In this document: positions 49,125-52,587 of the stretch, piece by piece
Position numbering within the stretch: the first letter of the stretch is position 1
How the letters are laid out: every line of letters starts with the position of its first letter
Assembly (NCBI RefSeq): GCF_001194135.2
Contig: NC_068989.1
Location: 20,712,630 to 20,765,216 of the forward strand
DNA length: 52,587 nucleotides
Source: Octopus bimaculoides
Lineage: Eukaryota
Direction of reading: 5' to 3'
Notes under the pieces: generated by a model
Told to the model about the DNA's origin: nothing
Seen by the model: the letters and a program-made list of their open reading frames with translations, nothing else
The model's database searches: none
Position numbers and translations under genes: made by a program

Positions 49125-49881
49125 ACTAGCAATGCATCCCGACGTTGCCAGGCTATTATGACCTACAGGCACGTTGTATTATTTGTTCCTTTCTTATGGG
49201 CAGAATCAGCACAGCTGATATATAATGAAATGGATTACTGGCGTAATAGAAGTTATTGCTTGTTTAAAAGTCAAGTGGGGAGGGTACAATTTGCATGGGT
49301 TTGTATGAAAGTGCTTTCTGTTCTTAAGAAGGATGAAGGATCGCAAACTAATTGCTTGTTTCATCATATAAAAGGGGGTTCATACGATTTTACCCAGAAA
49401 TCACATTTTCAAAATTGATGTGCATGCATACGTACAGTATACAGTAATCCTTCGGCTGCCACGGGTGCTACGTTCCCAAACCCCCCGCAATAGGGGAAAA
49501 TCCGCGAAGTAGCAACAGTACTGTACTGTATAGTTTTTTAATTACTTATATAATTTGTATATATGTATTTTTAAAATTTTTATATGTTTAAGCTTTTGAA
49601 AACTTCCGTCCGCACCGCATTTTTTTTTTCATCCATGTAGAAAAATACAAATTTGGGAAATATATTTACGAATCTGGGAATTATATTATGTAATAGCCCA
49701 ACCCACGTAGTCGCTCCATAATTGGTTTTTATTGATATTCAACTCGCCTATAATTGAACTAGATGTTAGTTCAACATGTATACAAAGTTTGTTGAAGATT
49801 AGTTCGCTGGTTTGGGCAGCAAGATGGTAACAGACAGACGGACAGATAGATAGACAGAAATTGCCATTTATATATAAAGAT
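49125..49881 (+). mobile_element. Helentron/HINE-like element carrying a nested MITE 5' half (49440-49600)
   Basis: Starts actagcaatgcatcccgacgttgcc; ends acaaagtttgttgaagatt...(gaca)n...tttatatataaagat; insert starts tacagtaatcc. Confidence 0.45.
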
Positions 49882-51395
49882 TATTCTCTTCCTCTTAACT
49901 TACAAACGAACCATACCTCTAAGGTCAGTCACTGCCCAGTGACCTTTCTCAGCACTCCAAAAAATACTCGCACTAACTTGTAGTTAAATTTTATTTATTT
50001 ACTATTTTTTTTATAAACGAGCAAATATCTTAATACCTTACCTTAAAATTTAACTATTATCCAGTGATGTTTTTCACATCCGCACTATCCAGTAATCCTT
50101 TGCACATCCGTATTAACTCCCCTAACCAGGAGAGTTAATACTGCTGCTTATGATGACACACCATACCTTCTGCTACTGATATTATTTATCTTTATCAACC
50201 ACCACTCCAAATATAGTAATCCACAAAAGTTTCCGTCACAGCACACGAGAATGTTCTTCCGAATATAACACTTGTTCTCTGCACATTTGGATTATTTACT
50301 ATCTTATGTTTAAGGAGACGTTATCCCGCAATATGAAAAACGTTACACAACGTGTGGTACAATATCTTGTCTTTGTGTCATTTATTTGTGTCACAATACA
50401 TATTTTGTCTAACTTTTCACCATCATTGCTTAAAGGCCTTCTTTAGAATATTTATATTATTCATACACAGTAATACTTCAAGCAAATTACAGTTGTCTTT
50501 TATTTCTTCCATGCTTTCAATATCTCTTCATTTATCACACTGTTTCCACCTCTCTTTTTCTATATCTTTCTCGATTCACTCTTATCAGCATCAAATCCAC
50601 TACCGGCATCATCGCCACCACAATCAACAGTTAATTTCTTAGTTTATTTGAGTTACTTCCCTTATCAATACCTAAAATGTACGTGAGCAATGGAATAAAA
50701 TAAATAAGATAACTATGGAAAGTTGTGAGGTTTTAGAGGGGATTCAGAGAACAACCGGTCTGCAGATAATGAGCTGCTTAGGAGTAAGTTTATGGGCAGT
50801 ATTTCACTCGTTGCAGTATTTCGACTTCAACGAATGGTTACATCCTACAGAACATCGCTTAAAAGTTGCAGCTGTTTATGGCTTGTTAACATATGTACTC
50901 ATGATATTCTGGGGCAAAAATTAATGCACACTCCTGCATTTCATGGAGTACATTGTTTAACGTCTCCTTAAGTTTCACAAAATGTTATTGTGCGAAACAT
51001 AATTGTTTTCTCTGCATAATAATAACAGTTTCTCGCCTTAACGAAAGTTCTGATATTGGTACAAGGAAATATAATTTGATTCAGACGACAATGATTGGCC
51101 TCAGTACTTGATTGGCAATAAATTTAACGATATATGTGTGTTTGTGTTTGTGTGTGTCTGTGTGTGTGCTTCAGGGCTCTACCTTGAAGACTTTAGTCAA
51201 TGAACCTGCTCCAGTACTTATTTTAAGTGGGGGTACTTATGTTATCAGAGTATTTTTGCCCAATCGTCAAGTTACGAGGGTGTAAACAATCCAAATCAGA
51301 TAAACATAATCACAAAGATGCATACACACACACATACACACAAATCACTCTCTCTCCATATCCATCCATCCATCCATCCATCCATCCATCCATCC

Positions 51396-51447
<52 letters not shown>

Positions 51448-51466
51448 GTCTGTCTGTCTGTCTGTC

Positions 51467-51595
51467 AGGCTTTCGCGCAATTTCCGTCTACCAGATTCAC
51501 TCGCAAGTAATCGGTCGGCCCGGGGCTGTCTTTCAGTGGGACTGAACCATAAACGATATGGATGCGACACTTCTTGACCGCACAGTCATGCCTTT
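51467..51595 (-). mobile_element. Degenerate SINE C
   Basis: tttccgtctaccagattcactcgcaag...ggactgaacc. Confidence 0.6.
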
Positions 51596-51639
51596 AACAC
51601 AATATTATTTAGAATAACAACTTTGACAATCTCTCCATT

Positions 51640-52183
51640 TTCATGCAGCTATAACATATCTAGGACTACACTATCATGAGATGTTACATCATTCCGGGAA
51701 GTTTTAGAATTAAAACCACTGGATACATTGAAGAACTGGAGACAGTTGTTAAGCCTTGTATTGATGAAGTATGCAGTGGAATGCCATACGTATTTCGACA
51801 ACACTTAGCATCATCTGACAAAACCTATATAACGTCAACTTGTGACCTCCAAACACACTATCGACTACTGCGTTTGGAGTGTTATCGTACGGGAGACTAA
51901 TTGACTTTCTCACACTACGCTAGCTTAGCTTCATTGAAGGCTGCCATTGTTTAAGTGATATCCGAGAGGAATAAAAACCGTTTCGTACATGCATGTCAAC
52001 AATTCCGTTCACACATTGAAGCTGTCATCGAATCTGTGGGTGCATTCATAGAATAATTATATTTCCGTTTTCGAAAATATGAGCACAATTTAAAAAAAAA
52101 TTATAATAATTTTAGCTTTTGCAAGATTAGAGTTCTTTTATTAAATTACCAAATATGTCCTCAAATAGTTCTCACACACTGTA
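51640..52183 (+). mobile_element. maT/Bmmar1-like transposase C-terminal relic
   Basis: YIEELETVVKPCIDEVCSGMPYVFRQ...DYCVWSVIVRETN...ACQQFRSHIEAVIESVGAFIE*; terminus cacacactgta. Confidence 0.7.
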
Positions 52184-52485
52184 ATATCAAGTTTTAGCTA
52201 TTTCAGTTATAAGAAAAACGTGCCAGACTAGAAAAAAACTTATAACCAACAAGAAGGAGTATGGGTGAAAAGTTGATAAAATATATTCATGCTTAAAGAT
52301 TTAGCAAAATTAATGAAATTCAGTTTACATCAATTTTTAGTATAATTACTAAAATAAATTATCATCTAATTAAAATATGTTGAAAGGTTTCTCGTCCTAC
52401 TGATAAACTACTTTAAAATATTTTATTACATGTCAAGAGTAGGAAAAAAGCAATCTATCTATCTATCTATCTATCTACCAATCTA

Positions 52486-52519
<34 letters not shown>

Positions 52520-52587
52520 AAGCTAGTTACATACATATATGTATATATGTATATATATGTATATACACACACACACACACACATATA

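Noticed and set aside
50058-50110. Two-copy 28-bp direct repeat (also similar doublets at 8143-8210 and 23981-24018)
   Set aside because: Ordinary slippage duplications with no further structure.
50715-50924. 69-aa hydrophobic ORF as a membrane microprotein
   Set aside because: No recognisable motif, splice context or second copy; length expected by chance.

Overview
AT-rich, microsatellite- and transposon-dense animal genomic DNA with ten N gaps (about 5 kb). The tRNA-derived SINE families suggest an octopod cephalopod (inference). The only supportable host gene is one 1520-nt exon (372-1891, minus strand) of a secreted cholinesterase with an intact Ser-Glu-His triad. Its 3' exon(s) lie left of the window and its 5' non-coding exon is not located. 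The other 50 kb is intron or intergenic DNA holding: five decayed mariner copies, three maT/Bmmar1-like fragments, R4/Dong-type LINE relics in microsatellites, an RTE relic, ORF1-only LINE relics nested in a mariner, several SINE families, Helentron-like and MITE pieces, and a 1.8-kb inverted duplication (17687-19423 vs 40676-42538). The most interesting unannotated signal is a sequence-intact minimal type I hammerhead ribozyme at 35704-35765, with several degenerate hammerhead-like relics elsewhere. All alignments and counts were done by eye.
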